DNA from: Cenococcum geophilum
Taxonomy: Eukaryota
Assembly: GCA_050273025.1 (NCBI GenBank)
Contig: CP158635.1
Location: 27,094,001 to 27,158,000, forward strand
DNA length: 64,000 nt
Direction of reading: 5' to 3'
Of the stretch, positions 1 to 14,660 are shown one piece after another. The stretch's first letter is position 1. Every line of letters starts with the position of its first letter. The position numbers were made by a program, and so were the translations under genes. The notes below the pieces were generated by a model. The model saw only the letters and a list, made by a program, of their open reading frames with translations, had not been told where the DNA came from and ran no database searches.

Positions 1-80
1 AGACAACTGTCGCTAGAGCTAGAAAACAACGACTAGCCAGCCAACACTATAAACAATTCGATCGATCGATCGAATTAAGG

Positions 81-480
81 TAGTATAGACAGGTAGGCAC
101 AAACAGGTAGATACTGACGGGTAGGTAGATATAGATAGGTAGGTAAATATAGACAGGTAAGTAGATATAGATAGGTAGGTAGATATAGATAGGTAAGTAG
201 ATATAGATAGGTAAGTAGATGTAGATAGGTAAGTAGATGCTAATAGGTAGGCAAATATAGATAGGTAGGTAGATATAGATAAGTAGATATAAATAGGTAG
301 GTAAATATAGATAGGTAAGCAGATATAGATAGGTAGGTAAATACTAACAGGTAGGTAAATATAGATAGGTAGGTAGATATAGATAGGTAAGTAAATGCAG
401 ATAGGTAGATATAGATAGGTAGGCGATGCAAATAGGTAGGCGATACAGGTAGGTAGATAAGTTAATAGGTAGATAAATAG
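81..480. repeat. Low-complexity (GATA/GGTA) minisatellite, ~18-bp unit agatatagataggtaggt
   Basis: The unit is repeated about 20 times with variation. ORF 240..431 is an artefact of this repeat. Confidence 0.9.
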
Positions 481-839
481 AAGAGAACCATTACTATATT
501 ATATTAAATTATCTAAAATAATAATATATAATTATAGCACCTAGTATACAAACGTGTAAATACGCGTTTGTGTACTAACTACCTACGTGCTAACTAATTA
601 GGGGGGAGGTGTTAGCGACTTAGTTAATCGAGGCACGAGTACGGCAAGAGGGACGCGCAAGCCTATACGATTAGTAGTCTATAAACAAAGGATCTAAAGC
701 TAAAGAAAGGAAAGGAGAAGAAGAGCAGCGCCGGTTAAAGTAGGGTTCTTTTATGCGGTCCTCTAGTCACGTAACCGCGAAGTTCTGCCAAGTTCTGCCA
801 GTGCCGTAACATTACCCCCCCCCCTCCGTAAAAGCCTGC

Positions 840-3800
840 CCTTAGGCTTTATAGTCCGTATTATACTTATAGGGCGTTCTTATCTTTATATTCTTCTGGT
901 AGCTTATCGTCTTCGCTATACTAGCACTCCATCTACTTGTCTAGGTACTTTAGGAGTCCTAGTTTATTAGGGTAGCAGTTATAGAATTCTTAAAGCTTAT
1001 AGGGACTATTAATAAAGTTTTATACTGGGTACCAGGTAGGATCTAGGTTATAGCCTTTCCAACTAACGCGGTACTTTAGCATTTTCCTTACTAGTTTATA
1101 GGCCAGTACTTCTTTAATTTCCCATTCGTTGTCGCCATTGACTTAAATCGGTAGGGGAGATTTGTTCTTTTGTTTAGGCAATAAGTCGTTTATAGCTTTT
1201 TATAGCTTATACAGCGAGAAAACGGGGTAAACCTTAATCAAATCCGGGAGCTTTACTTTATACGAGTTATCTATCTTCTTAAGGACCTTATACGGTCCCG
1301 CCATCTAATAGTCTAGCTTACGGCTAGGCCGTTCCGTCTTTTAGTTCTTTATTATAACCTAGACTATATCGCCTACGGTAAAGTCGGGTTCGCGCCTATA
1401 CTTATTTGCCTACTATTCTATTAATTTCTGGGCCTTTTCTAGATTTATATAGGCTACCGTCTAGGCTTCCTCTAAGCGCTTGGCGTACTACTGGGCTTCC
1501 TTATAAAATAGTTTCTCGCGTACGGTCCGTGGTCCTTCTAGTCTATCCTAGTTAAAGCTTATTTAGGGTAAATACCCTATTTCTAGTTAGATAGGTGCAA
1601 ATCCCGTAGAGTTATAGGGTAGGGTCGCCTGGGCGTAGTCTATTAGGGGTAGCAGTTCGCCCTAGTTATCTTAAAAGTAGTTAACAAAAGGCCGGAGTGT
1701 CACGGATTCCGACCGTAGCACCGCCAAGGGCTCGCCTAGCGAGCCTTGGCACCCACAGTATATAGAGCCACGGTGCCTTCGCACCTCTTTGCACCTTCGT
1801 GCAATATCCTGTCGTGTACATAGCCAATGCTACGACGTTCCCAGAGCCTCCTGACCGCGCTCCGTGACACGGAGTCTCTAATCTAAATATTAATTTATAA
1901 TCTCCGTCTAGCTATCTATCTAGGGGTAGTATGTTATAGAGAGCTTTAGCCTAATACCTAGGATCTAGGTAAACTCGTTCTAGAAGGCCGATATAAATTA
2001 CGGGCCGTGATCGGATATAATAGTATCTGGTAGTCCGTAAATGCGGTAAACGTAGTAGATATACAGTTGGGCCACCTCCTTAGCATTAATATTTTTATGA
2101 TAGGGAATTAAGAACGGGCGCTTGCCAAAGCAGTTAACTAAAATTATAACTATATCATATCCGTTGCGGTCTATTAGTAGCTTATGGAAGTCTATAGAGA
2201 TATACTACTAGGGGCAGTCGGGTATTAGGAGAGGTTTCAATAGTCCTAGGGTCTTATCTCGTGGAATTATAGATCTACAGCAGCTGTTGTAGTTCCGTAT
2301 ATAACGGTTAATATCTATAACTATTCCGGGCCAGTAGTAGCGGTCACTAATAATCTTATAGGTCTTATTTTTTTTAGGGTAGGCCGTAGAGACCTGGGTA
2401 TAAGCTTCGGCAATAAGCCGGGTTTATAAGTTCTGTTCCTTAGCTACTACTAGCTATTCCTAGTGCTTAAGTAGTCCGTTTTTAAGGGACTATAGGCTAG
2501 TAACATTCTTTACCTTTTTACGGTATTCCTATAGAAAGGGGGTCGTTTGGTTGGCCTGTAGTAGTTTATTAATAAGGTTAAGTTTAGAGGAGTTAATAGG
2601 ATATATCTTAGCGCCTAAGGAGTCCGTGCTTAGTTCTACCCGTATCTGGGGGTTAAGGTGTTCTAGTTGTAGTAGCGTCTAGGTCTATAGTAAGATCTTT
2701 GTAGCTATCTAGTTATCTAGGTCTTACTCGCGCCTTATAAGAGCATCCGCACGGTTTATAGCGCCTAGTCTATATATAATTAAGAAGTTAAACTAAGATA
2801 GGGTATCCGCCTAGCGTGCCTGCCGGGCCGTAAGGGCCTTGGTTGTTATAAAGTATTTTAAGGCCTTATAATCTGAAACTACCTTAATCGGCTTAGGGGT
2901 CCCCTCTAGCTATATACGCCAGTGCTAAAAGCTAGAGATAATAGCCAGCATTTCTTTGTCATGGATATGGTAATTTAGCTTAGCATCTATTATAGTCTTT
3001 AAATAGTATGCAATAGGGTGCTACTCTCCGTCCGGTTGCTTCTAGGAAAAAACACTAGCTATCGCGCCGTTTAAGGCATTAGTTTCTAGCATTGAGGGCC
3101 GTTCTGGGTTAAAATGGGTAAGTAGGGGAGCTAATACCAGCCGTTTCTTAAGCTTATTAAAGGCCTACCTATATATGGCGTTAAAGTGAAAGGGCTAGTC
3201 TTTTCTAGTAAGATAGTTAAGAGGCCGGGCGATTCTGCTGTAGTTTTTAATAAAGCGTTGGTAGAAGTTATAAAACCCTAAAAAGGATTATACCCCCTTT
3301 ACGGTCCGTAGGGGTGCCCACTAGTTAATTACGGCCGTTTTCTCTGGGTCGGTTTTAATTCCGTCTATACTAATAATAAAACTTAGGTACTTTATATACT
3401 TAACACTAAACTCTAACTTCTTAATGTTAACCTAGAGGCTAGCCTCACGGAGCCGTTATAGGACTTTATAGACATACTCCTCGTATTCTAGCTTATTCTT
3501 AGAGTAGATTATAATATTATCTAAATAGGCCGTATAGAAATTGTTAAGGTAGTTAAAGAGTATATTATTTATATACCGCTGGTACGTAGCTAGTCCATTA
3601 GTCAGTCTAAAAGGGAGTACTTTATATTTATATGTTCCGTAACGGGTCTAAAATATAGTAAGATCTTTAGACCTGGGGTCTATTCTAATTCGGTAGAAGG
3701 CCTAGCGGATATTAAGCTTTATAAAGACCTTAGCTCTACTTATTTGGGCTAAAGTCTCATTAAGTAGAGGCAGCAGATAGCGATTCTTATAGGTTATATT

Positions 3801-6234
3801 ATTTAGCTTATAGTAGTTAATGTAGAAGCGGAGTCCTCTATTTAGCTTTTTAATAAAGAAAATAGGCGAGGCGAAAGGGGCTTAGCTAGGCTTAATAAAG
3901 CCCTTATTTAGGTTATTAATAAGATACTGCTTTATGGCCTATAATTTAGTAATAGACTGCTTATAGAGGGGGCTAAAGCTAAGGGTATTTTCTTTGCCCT
4001 GCTTAATCTCAATCTTATAGTTATACGGTTAGTGAGGTAAAAGTATATTAGACGCTGCTTTGGAGAATATATTCTTAAATTTCTAGTGTTAATAGGGCAG
4101 CTTTTATTCTACTAGTTCCTTATCTATAAGCTCGCTTTTTTATCCGCTAAGCTGATTTCCCTTTTTTTTAATTATTTAATTAATTTTGTATAAGCTTATT
4201 ATAAAGGCAACGGTATTAGGCTGAACTAAGATTTAGTAGAATCCTACGGCACTAATATAGCAGATATTAACTAGTAGGAGGTCCGCTGGTTTTCTTACAG
4301 CCGTTTTCCGGACCATATTTTGCGGTCTAGGGTTTATAATTTTTCTTAGCTCCTATTCCATCTTCTGTAGGTTATCCCTCTAATTTATTAGTTTAGTATA
4401 ATATCCGACGTCCTTTACTGTTCTTTGTAGCTATATAGGGCCTAAGCTTTCTATAGGGGGCTTTCTAGGTCACTACTAACTTCCTAGGTCTTTAATGCGG
4501 GTGGTGTAATATAGGTAGTTTAGGGGCGACGTAGTATACGGATCCGTTACGAATTAAGCTATATATCTTTCTTAAAGGCCTAGTCCCTACGCATAGCATC
4601 GGCCTAGTAAATAGTATTAATTTAGGGCCGTATAAGGTTTTCTATTATAATGCTGATTTCTTTTATAAAGAAAGGGGTTAGGGGTAGAATTTTAGGCTAG
4701 GTAAGCCGTCTACTCCGTACGTTAAGCTGTAAGCCTAAATAGGCTAGCTATTTTTGCCCTAAGATTATATTGTGGCTACCTAGGTCCGTAATAAGGAAGG
4801 GGGCGTTATACTACCTTCGTCCGTTAACACAAAGGTAAATCCGCAAGATAGTCGTAATAGGTGGTCCTATCCGCCCATTATACCTATAGATAGGAATTAG
4901 TTTAGGCAGTTCTTTAATAGGTGTATTTAGAAAGTTAGCCAGCTTTACGGCATACTAGGTGTCTATTAAGGTAAAGGTATTTGCTTTAGAGTTAGCTAAA
5001 GCAGAGGTTAAAACTTAGTATCTATTGCGGAATAAAGTATAAGGGATAGTATAGCTTCTTCTACTAACTAGCCAACCTAGATTAATATCTAATATATTAA
5101 TCCCTTTTAACCCTAAAGAGGAGTCTTCCTCTAAGGTTCCTTTTTTTCCAACTCCGCGCTGTCCTTCTAGATTAATAGAACCTCGTCCGCTTTTATATTT
5201 GTTAGGCAATCCTTTATACGGTAACCTTTCTATCTATAAGAGAAGCAAGCTCCTTAATTACTAAGGGCCTGTATATAGGGGTTACTATATATAGGCCGAG
5301 CATTCGCCGGACCCATAGCAGGGCTAGCCGCACGGCTAGCTGCTAAATTGGCGGTGGGCTATATGGGTGGTGCTATGGGGGTTGCCAATTGTGCTAGGGT
5401 ATTGCGGGCCATTCTTATATTGCTTATAGTCTGATTTAAAGGGTTTCTGGCTTTATACCATTCGGCGCGTGCCTTAATTCAGCGGAGGCCTTAGTTAATA
5501 GCTAAGCACTAGTCCGTAAGTTCCTTTAGCGTCTATATAGTAGTAAAAACTAGCAGTACAGCTCGCTGCAGGTCTAGGGTAAGCTTGTTAAATAGGTCTG
5601 GTATTAGATCTTCCTAGGGAATTTGAGCCTGGCTGGCTAGGTGCAGAAAGCGGGTCTAAAAGGCCGAGAAGGTCTCTATCGTTTTTATATTTAGGCTTTT
5701 ATAATTAAGTTAGGCGTTCTATACTTTAAAGGGGTCCTTATAAATAGAAAACAGGTAGATAATTATCTCTTCTTTAGAGAAGAAGGGCTCTGCCAAGTCC
5801 TATACGTACCGCGGACGTAGGTGCATCTATGCGTCCCCGCCGGTACGGCCGAAGACGTAGGCCATTTTAGCCTAAGTGGTAGGGAAGTGGTCCGTATTAA
5901 CTTTAAGCTTATCCTATAATTAAAGCTTCCAATTATTAAATATAGGGTCGGTTCCGTTTGTAAGCAACGGGGGGTCCACGACCTTTACGGACCGCGACGA
6001 TGCTAATACTATACGTTGGGCTAGAGCCTTAAGGACTATAGTAAGTCTCTAGGTGTCTAATAATTCCTCACTAGGCGTAGGGGGTTCTCTAGCTTTAAGT
6101 AGCTCTTAAAGTCGTTTAATTTTGGTATTAGCTGCTGCGAGCTCCACTTGGGAGTTTAAGTTAGTTGCTGTTTCACCATCGGAGGTATTTAAGGGTCCTG
6201 CGGCTGCTTTGCCGGCTGCTGTATTTCTTGGCAT
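840..6234 (-). pseudogene. Gypsy 1 gag (~6234-5110) and pol (PR, RT, RH, INT, chromodomain) remnants
   Basis: Minus strand: ATG at 6234; RT FCTAYLDDIIIY (~3505-3540); RNase H ETDASDG-like and YHIHDKEMLAI (~2940-3090); chromodomain GDNEWEIEEVL..KYRVSWKGY..TWYP (~1025-1137). A7 slippery run at 5141-5147. Confidence 0.88.
1698..1869. mobile_element. 172-bp solo LTR inserted in the gypsy 1 integrase
   Basis: Ends TGTCACGGA...TCCGTGACA (9-bp perfect inverted termini). TSD cggag at 1693-1697 and 1870-1874. GC-rich and little RIP. Confidence 0.85.
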
Positions 6235-7109
6235 CGTGGTACAGTTATTAGGGTAACCTTTAGTAGGATTCTGCAGGGGTTCTAGTCTGTACGTATTCTA
6301 TAGGTCTTGTTATTCTTTTCTGTTCTTCTAGTTTTAGTAATATTCTTTAGGTCTAATTCTGTGTTCTATTCTAGTTTATAGTCCGTAGATATATTTAAGT
6401 TCCTTCTTAGGAAGAAAGGGTAGTTAAGCTTTAGATAATATTAGCAACTTAGTTAATTAAAGCACGAGCACGGCAAGAGGGACGCGTAAGCCTATACGAT
6501 TAGTAGTCTATAAATAAAGGATCTAAAGCTAAAGAAAGGAAAGGAGAAGAAGAGCAGCGCCGGTCAAAGTAGGGTTCTTTTATGCGGTCCTCTAGTCACG
6601 TAACCGCGAAGTTCTGCCAAGTTCTGCCAGTGCCGTAATAGGAGGCGCGTTAGTATATAGACCACGTAGTCTACCTTAATAAAATTAACAGTCACTATCT
6701 AAATAAGCATATAATACTACATGTATTTTGTGCCCGTGGATACGACTTACTTATACTATTAAGTTAGTATAAATACTAATTAGTAAGCGCGCACAGATTA
6801 GCAATTACTTAATACCTCCCCCTAAGTAATATATATGATAGCGACCACTCGTTTAAACTCCTAGTATAACCTACTAAAAGGTTAGAAGTTAGGGATTATA
6901 GACTTATCTCTAACTCTATATACTTATTTAAGTCTTAGTACGGTTTACTAGAAGTTATAAACACGAATATAAACCTATACGGAACCCCTATCCTTAACCC
7001 CCTTAAACCTTAAACCTCTTTAGACCTTTTACAGAAAACCTCTACCCTCCTATAAACCATTACGGACCTATTAATTGATTTTACGGACTGTTATAAGACC
7101 TCCCCTACC

Positions 7110-10100
7110 CATTATAAGCTGCTACCACCCGCTACGCACTACACTATACTATAGTATAGCAGACATTAGTAAGCAAGTTAGTAAAGGTTAAAAGAAGTAA
7201 AGATAAGGAGTTAACGTTACGTCTATAAACGACGTTAACGACTATATTAGTTTTAAAATCCTTAAATATAAATACTTTAAGCTTATAAATAACGACCTAT
7301 AGGAGTAATACTAGGAAGACTTTGCGGACTTTATGGAAGCTATTCTTAAGGCCTATAACCCTATTACTATCCGCAAACTATAAACCCTTTTACGTAACCA
7401 AAGTGTATAGGTTAAAAGAAATAAACAAGTTACTATTACATAGTCCTTATACAATATAATATATAAGAAGGACTAAACAAAATAGACTAAAGAGGAAATC
7501 CTAGACCAGTTCTAAGAAACTAAGGAACTCTTTACTTCTTCTAAACTTAATATAATTGCTAGCCTTATACCTAACCTACTTAACTAAATTCGTCCTATAA
7601 ACCTAAGCGGCTTTAAACTTAACCTTATTAGCCAAAATATACCCTACTCTTAAGTTACGGATTATAATACCCCTATAAACCAAAATACGGACTAAACTAC
7701 CCCTACTATTTAAGTTACAGACCTATAAGCCATATATCCGCAAGCTATAGATCCGTAAGTTATAGATCTATAACCTACCTAAGTAAAGATCTACGGTAAG
7801 GAGCTAGCTAACCTAGCTAAGCTCTATACCGATAAATCTAAGTATAGCGGTAAAAATAATAATTTTAACTTTAAACTAACTATCTTTATAGACCTCTACC
7901 AGAAGGCCGATATTCCTAAATAAGAGTTTAGCTAAGCCTACTCTACTATGCTACGCGGCCTAGCACTTAACTACTATTACACCAACCTTAAGAGCAACCC
8001 CCTTAGTGTCCCCTTTAATAAGCTATATAAAGCTACCCGTAACTACTTTAAAGGACCGGAATATAGGCGTAATATCCTTACCTAATAGAATACGACCAAG
8101 CTACGGACTGTAATTAATAAGAATACTAAAAAATCGACTATAGAGTGCCTGTAAATTCTCATTAAAGACCTCTGGCACCTATAGCACGGCCTTAACGCTA
8201 AGCTTTAAATAGACGACTTTCTGCACAATAAACTTATTACAGCCTGCCAGGAAGTAGAGCCCTGTAAGTACGCCTACTATAAGCCTACAGATACCTTAGC
8301 TGGCCTTATTAATAATCTACGCTCCTCTATTATAACCTACGAAGTCTTAAACCCACTAGGCAGCACTTAAGCCTTTATTACGGATATTTAATATCTATAA
8401 ATAAACTTAGACGTCTACTTTATAGACCGCCGCTACCGCTAGTAGCACCTATACCAACTAAGTCCTACCCGTAACCCCCGCAGCAACCCCCATATAAAAG
8501 TATACCCCTATAGATAAATAAGCTAGAAATGCTTCGTATATAGCAAAGAAGGATATTAGTCTATAAGGTATACCTAGGAAGAACATAATAGGTCTAAAAA
8601 GAGATTTAATAAACGGATTAGCTAGTTTATCTTAGAATATAAAGGAAAAAAAGAAGAAGAGCCCCCTGATAAGTTAATAGAAGCCCTTATAATTAACTTT
8701 AACCTAAATAACTAGGAATAGGAGACCCTAGAGATGTTTTTAACTACTTTTGGACCTTTTATGGACAGCTAAGCCTTTAATATTACAACCGTATTAGCCA
8801 ACCGTTCCTTTATATACTTAATTGCGCCTAAAAACTATTCCGTAAGTACCCCCGTTATAAACATTATAGATTATAAGTAGGACCTATTTACATATATCAC
8901 TATAAAACGCTATACCCCTAAGGAATTCTATAGTATTATAATTAATATAGGCGCCTCTAAGAAGTCTACTGTAGGCTATAGACAATACCTTGTATATAGG
9001 ACCACTGCAAATAATAATACGGATATTAATATTACGTAAACTGGGGCCGTAAACGTCTAATTTGGCATTGGCTTAACTGCATTAATTAAATTAGTTGCAG
9101 TTAAGACCCTAATTAGCCTAGTTAACTTCCACATAGTAAAAGCAGACACCCCTTTCTTACTTTGCTTTACGGACATAAATAGGTTATAGGTTTACTATAA
9201 TAATATTACAGACACCTTAATTGGCCCCGCAACTGCCCTAAAAAGCAAGTATATTACCCTACTAATTACACAACGATTTGGACACCCGTTCCTTATATAG
9301 GGAGAGACTTTACAAACCTATATTTAGGAATCTTTTAACTATAACCCGTACTACCTTACCAATACGGAGATTCACCGTCTATACCGCTGTTTTGGCTACC
9401 TATTAGCCGAAAAGCTATATAAAGTCCTTAAACGCTCTGGACATGACGACGTTAATAGGAAGGTAGTTAATTACCTAACTAAATACTGCTCCTTTTGCTA
9501 GAAATATAGACGTTCCCTAGGCTAATTTAAGTTTACCCTTTATAAGGACCTTAACTTTAACCACTTAGTATATGTAGACATTATATATATTAACGGCAGC
9601 CTAGTATTATATATAATTAATAAGGCAACCTACTACTAAGCCGCCCGTTAGTTGCAAAATATATCTATAAAGTATACTTAGGATATTTTATGGACCTACT
9701 GGATTAATATATACGTTAGACCTCCTAAATATATTACCCATAACGCCGGTAGGAACTTTATTAGTAAGGAATTTTAGCAGTATGCTATGGCCATGGCTAT
9801 ATTAATAAAAGCTGTTCCAGTTAAGGCGTATTAGTCTATTAGGCTTATTAAGCGAGCTTACCCAGCTTTATAGAGAGCTTATTAGATTATTATGGATAAG
9901 TATAAGGATATCTAAAAGGAACTAGCTTTATAGATAGCTATAAAAGCCGTTAATAATACCGCTAGCCCTAATGGACTAGTACCTACCCTTTTAGTTTACG
10001 GAGCCTACCTAAGAATAAGCAACCTAGGCCTCCCTGCCTTATTTATTATAGAATAAGCAGCTGCAATATAGAAGGTAATAGCTGAAATAGTTAAATTACG

Positions 10101-13100
10101 GGCTAAATAAACTGTTAATAACGCCCTATACTACCGCAACGGACCTAATACAACCTTAGTATATAACCTCCCGCTTAACTCTGAAGTCCTTATATAGTAT
10201 AAAAGCGGTAGCTAGAATAGACCCTATCGCCTACTAGCCGTAGAAAATAAGACGTGCTATATATAGCTTCCTAGCGGGCTAACTAGCTTTAGAAGCACGT
10301 CCGTAAAACCCTACTTTTAATCTAAAAACACCTATAATATTAAACTAGATAAACCAGAAGCACCTACCAAACTAAATAAACTAGAAGTACCCCCACCTAC
10401 CTTAAAAGTCCCCTAGGAACTTACTAAACCTATTAAACCTACTATAAAGCGTGGCTAAGGATGCCCCTAAAAGTATCCCGTAACTAAGAACCCCGTAATA
10501 AAGAATTACCTAACCTCCGCAGGTATATCCGTAAGATAATCTCCGCCTACGGATATATTAGTCCTAGTATAGGAAACCCCTTTTATAGACTTACGGCGTA
10601 AAGAGATTAACGAACTACTTAAAAAGGGCGTCTTTACGGTTATAATAGAAAAAGATGTTCCGTAAGGCGTCCGTATATTTAACTTACGCTTTATTAATAA
10701 GATTAAGCACCCTAGTACTAATAAAGCTTTTAAGAAATTAAGGCTTATTATATAAGCTTATAATAACTAGGGAAAGGACCTAGTCCTTATATAATCGCCT
10801 ATAATTTAACGAGTTAGTTAACGGATTATACTTATACTTACGCCTAGACTACAGTAAACTAAACCTATAGCCCTCTACTTATGGGATATCTTATAAGCCT
10901 ATATGCAGTTAAATATCTACCTAAGTAGGAATATCTTTATACGACTACCCTATAAGCTTAACCTATAACTAGGAACAATTTTATGGGTTATAAAACCTCT
11001 TTATAGGGTACTAGAAGCTAGAAACCACTAGTTTAAGATATACCACTAGCACTACGTTAGTAAACTCAAAATGGAATAGTTGACCTACGACCCCTGCCTC
11101 CTATACAGCCCATTAAACGGCCTTAGTATTGTTAGACTCTAAATAGATAATACCCTATTCCTAGCAGACTAGACCTTTATAAACGCTGAAGAAACTAAAC
11201 TATAAAAGGCTAAGTTCTTAGCAAAGCTATAAGAGTAGTTAACTAAGCAGAATCTAATTAAGTTTAATGGAGGCCTAATTATATAAAAGGGCAACTTAAT
11301 TAAGCTAACGAAGACCCACACCTACCACCCCTACGAAGAGCAGGAGAATCACAGGCCACAAACGACAACGATAAGAAGGCAAAGATCCTTACAGAAAGGT
11401 TCTTCCCCCAACCGGCTCCAGCAAACCTCAGTGATATCACAGGCGAAACACTGGTGACTCGCCTACGGGTTAACAGCGACATGACAACAGAGGAAATGGC
11501 TAGAACTATTAGCCGCCTTTTAAACAATATAGCACTAGGACCAGATAGGATTCCAAATAAGGCCCTAAAAACCTATGGGCCACTTATAGCACCTTAGCTT
11601 GCAGATATAGCCAGAGTATGCTTTGCTATAGGCTACTACCCGCGACTCGGAAGATCTATAACAACGGTTGTCCTACAAAAAGAAGGTAAAGCAAATTACT
11701 CAATCCTAGGAAGCTACCGCCCTATTACCTTAGAAAACACCCTTAGCAAGATCTTAGAAAGGGTAATAGCGGAACGCATAGCAGACACGGTAGAGGAACA
11801 CGCCCTACTACCACAAAGCTAAATGGGGGTAAGAAAGAACCGCTCAACACTATCAGCACTTACGCTACTCGCTGCCACCATTAAATCTATATGGGCGATG
11901 CGAAAGGACTTTATAGTATTAATGCTTAGCCTAGATATTAGTGGTGCCTATAATAATGTACCCCACAAGCGTCTTCTATATATCCTTAGGGTAAAGGGCT
12001 TTCTAGAATGGATTATATAATTTATCTAAGGGTTTATAGGCCAGAAAGAAACATTACTGGTCTTTAGCGGATACTAGAGCCCCCCCATCGCAGTTGCAAC
12101 AGGAATACCATAAGAATCACCCCTCTCGCCTATACTCTTCCTTTTCTTTATAAGCAACCTACTTAACTCCTTTAAAGAAGGGGCAACCTAGGGGATAGGC
12201 TTTGTTAATAACACAAACCTAATTATATACGGGCCAACAGCCGCAAAGAATTGCAGAACACTAGAGAAAGCCTATAACACTTATATAGAATAGGCAAAAC
12301 GTTATAGAGTCTAATTCTTACCAGAGAAATACTAGCTAATCTATTTCATAAGAAAACGCAACTAATCTATAGATCTCTAGCATATAATTCACATCTAAGG
12401 CTTTAGGGGTTAACCAGTTTAGGGCCTAAGGGTATTAGGAGTATGGGTAGATAGTAAGCTCTAGTAGAGCGCATATGCGGCGCAAGCGGCCCGTAAAGGC
12501 CAAGCACAGTTTATCGCTTTATCTAGGATTGTTAACTCTATATAGGGTCCATGCTTCTAGAGGTCACGCCTACTATATACAGCAGTTGTCCGGCCAACCA
12601 TAACATATAGATCCAGTATTTGGGCCATTAGAGAAACTAAGAAGGGCCCCCCTAAATCACTCCTTAAACTACTTTAAAAGGTCTAGACTGCCTACCTTTA
12701 GAGTATTATAGGCGGGTACAAGCAAACGGCCACAGTACTACTTAAGAAGGAATCCAATATTCCCCCCCTACAGTTATATATTAAAGCCGCTGTAATATAA
12801 AGGACGCAAAATAAACGTAACTCTAATGTTATAAAGTATATTAAGACACGCCTAAGTAAACTATAGAGGGACCCTAGGGTGCCCCGTAGGAGAATAAACC
12901 AACAACTCTAAAGTAGGGAAGAGATATTAGAGAAACAGGTAAAAAAAGCAGAAGAAGAATGGTGCCGCTTTAGGGCCCAGGCCTATATAGAGGAGGAAGA
13001 AAGACGTATAAGAGGTTAGTAAAGACAATAGTAAGATAGAGAAAGGAGCCAAAGTAGAATATATAAGAATGCTGGGAAACTATCTACCGCAATGCAATAC

Positions 13101-14660
13101 TGGTTGGACTAATGCTGGAGAGGCAAATAGGAGTCGAAGGTATAGAGGCTAACTTAGGCAAGACAAACCTAAGCTATAGCATGGTTAACGCTATGGGGGG
13201 TAAATACCTAAGGGCTCCGAGAAGGCCTAATAAAGGCAGAAAACATAATAGTAACATTCTTAAGAATAGGAATAATAGGACTAAAAGATTGGCTTTACTG
13301 GGTGGGTGTCCTAGTAGGTAGCCTAAGATGCGAATGTGGCTGGCTAAGATAGACACCAAAACACGTAATACTGCTATGCCCCCTATGCACTAATTAAGAA
13401 ATAATGCTCTTAGCAGCTAGCACAGAGAACTATAATACACTACTCTTAATACAAAAAGGCCTTAAGGCGGTTACTTAGTGGCTTATTAGTTAAAATATGC
13501 TAAATTAGTTCTGGGTTGTAAGGGAAATAGTAATAGAAGGTAAGGGGGCGAGCAGTAGGTGCCCCCTAGTAACTCTACAGTAGTAGAGTAATAGTTTGTG
13601 ATACTAGCGCGTCCGTAGGCTTGTTACAGCAGCAGTGGTTCCTAAGGAGGTCAAATAGTAAGGTAGTAGAGCACCATAGGCGACTTATAGGCGCTAAGTA
13701 GGCGAGTCCTAAAAGGTAGGGAGATGGATTACGGGGTTTTCTTATTTTTCTTAAATAGAGTTTTCTCCCTATATGTAAATAAGGAGTAGTCCGCGTGGGC
13801 CCAATAGGGATCCGAATCGGACGTTAAGCAATGAATTATTATTAATTAAGCTAACTTAGAAACGCTAAGCTTAAAACCTAAAGCTTATTATAGTAAAGCC
13901 TATAGACCTTACTAGCTCCTATAAAGAGACCCGCAAGACCGTAAATATAAAGGATTAATACATTATATAGCGTGCAAGAGGCGCCTATATTACCATAATC
14001 TGTTAACCTAAATCTGCCTATAATTTATCCTTTACGGCCTAGGCAGTAAATCCGTAAAAAGAAAATATTAAGCAGCTTAATAAGCGTATTTAGTAGCAAA
14101 TTAACAATATAGTAAGGGAACTTACTTTTATACCACTAGACCTAAGTTCCTTTAGCTTACTAGCATTTATAAACGCCTCCTTTACTAATAATAGGGACCT
14201 ATTATTATAAATTAGCTTTATAATTATACTTACGGACCATAATTAGGACGTAAATATACTATACTAGTCTTTAATTAAGTGTAAACGAGTAACCTATAGT
14301 ATACTAGCCTCTAAACTATATGCACTAGCTTATAGCTTTAATATAGCAGCCGTAATTAAATTAACGGTCTAGAAGATTCTATAACTAGAGTAGTTACCCC
14401 TAGTTTTATATACTAATTTAAAGTCCCTCTATAACTACCTAGTTAAACTAGGTACGATATAAGAGAAGAGGCTTATAATCGACCTAATATGCTTATATTA
14501 GGCCTATAAACAACGTGAAATTATAAAGGTTAAATAGATTAGCGGCAGAAACAACCTAGTAAACGCTATAACTAAGGTAAAGCCATATTAAGCCCTTAAA
14601 ACCCTAATTAATATAAATAAGCTTAACCTAAAAGTTATAAAATAGGTAGAACGGGACTAA
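7110..14660 (+). pseudogene. Copia A gag-pol polyprotein remnant (interrupted by LINE at 11310-13841)
   Basis: De-RIPed motifs: gag ELANLAKLYTD.SKYSG (~7800), protease IDTGAS (~8940), LHRRFGHP (~9380), integrase AVKAVNDTAGPDGLVPTLLVYGAYP (~9940), RT KSRLVVQAY (~10735), RNase H CKRVTRSVLASELYA and NPADAMTK (14280-14575). Many TAA/TAG stops. Confidence 0.9.
11310..13841 (+). mobile_element. 5'-truncated Tad1/CgT-like LINE (non-LTR retrotransposon)
   Basis: 14-bp TSD ttaattaagctaac at 11296-11309 and 13842-13855. The empty site is present in sister copia D near 57055-57068. RT motifs: GPD.IPN, SYRPI.LENTLSKILE, LSLDISGAY, GIPQGSPLSP(RIPed), FVDD>FVNN (~12201). Short ATT tail. Confidence 0.93.

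Larger units (their letters stand above)
610..6640 (-). mobile_element. Ty3/gypsy chromovirus 1 inserted into the 5' LTR of copia A
   Basis: 202-bp LTRs at 610-811 and 6439-6640. TSD ggagg at 605-609 and 6641-6645. Reverse-complement PPT ttacccccccccctcc at 812-827. Confidence 0.95.

Noticed and set aside
240..431. 63-aa ORF
   Set aside because: It is a translation of the GATA/GGTA minisatellite.
11300..11527. Minus-strand 75-aa ORF
   Set aside because: It is antisense to the LINE ORF2 frame.
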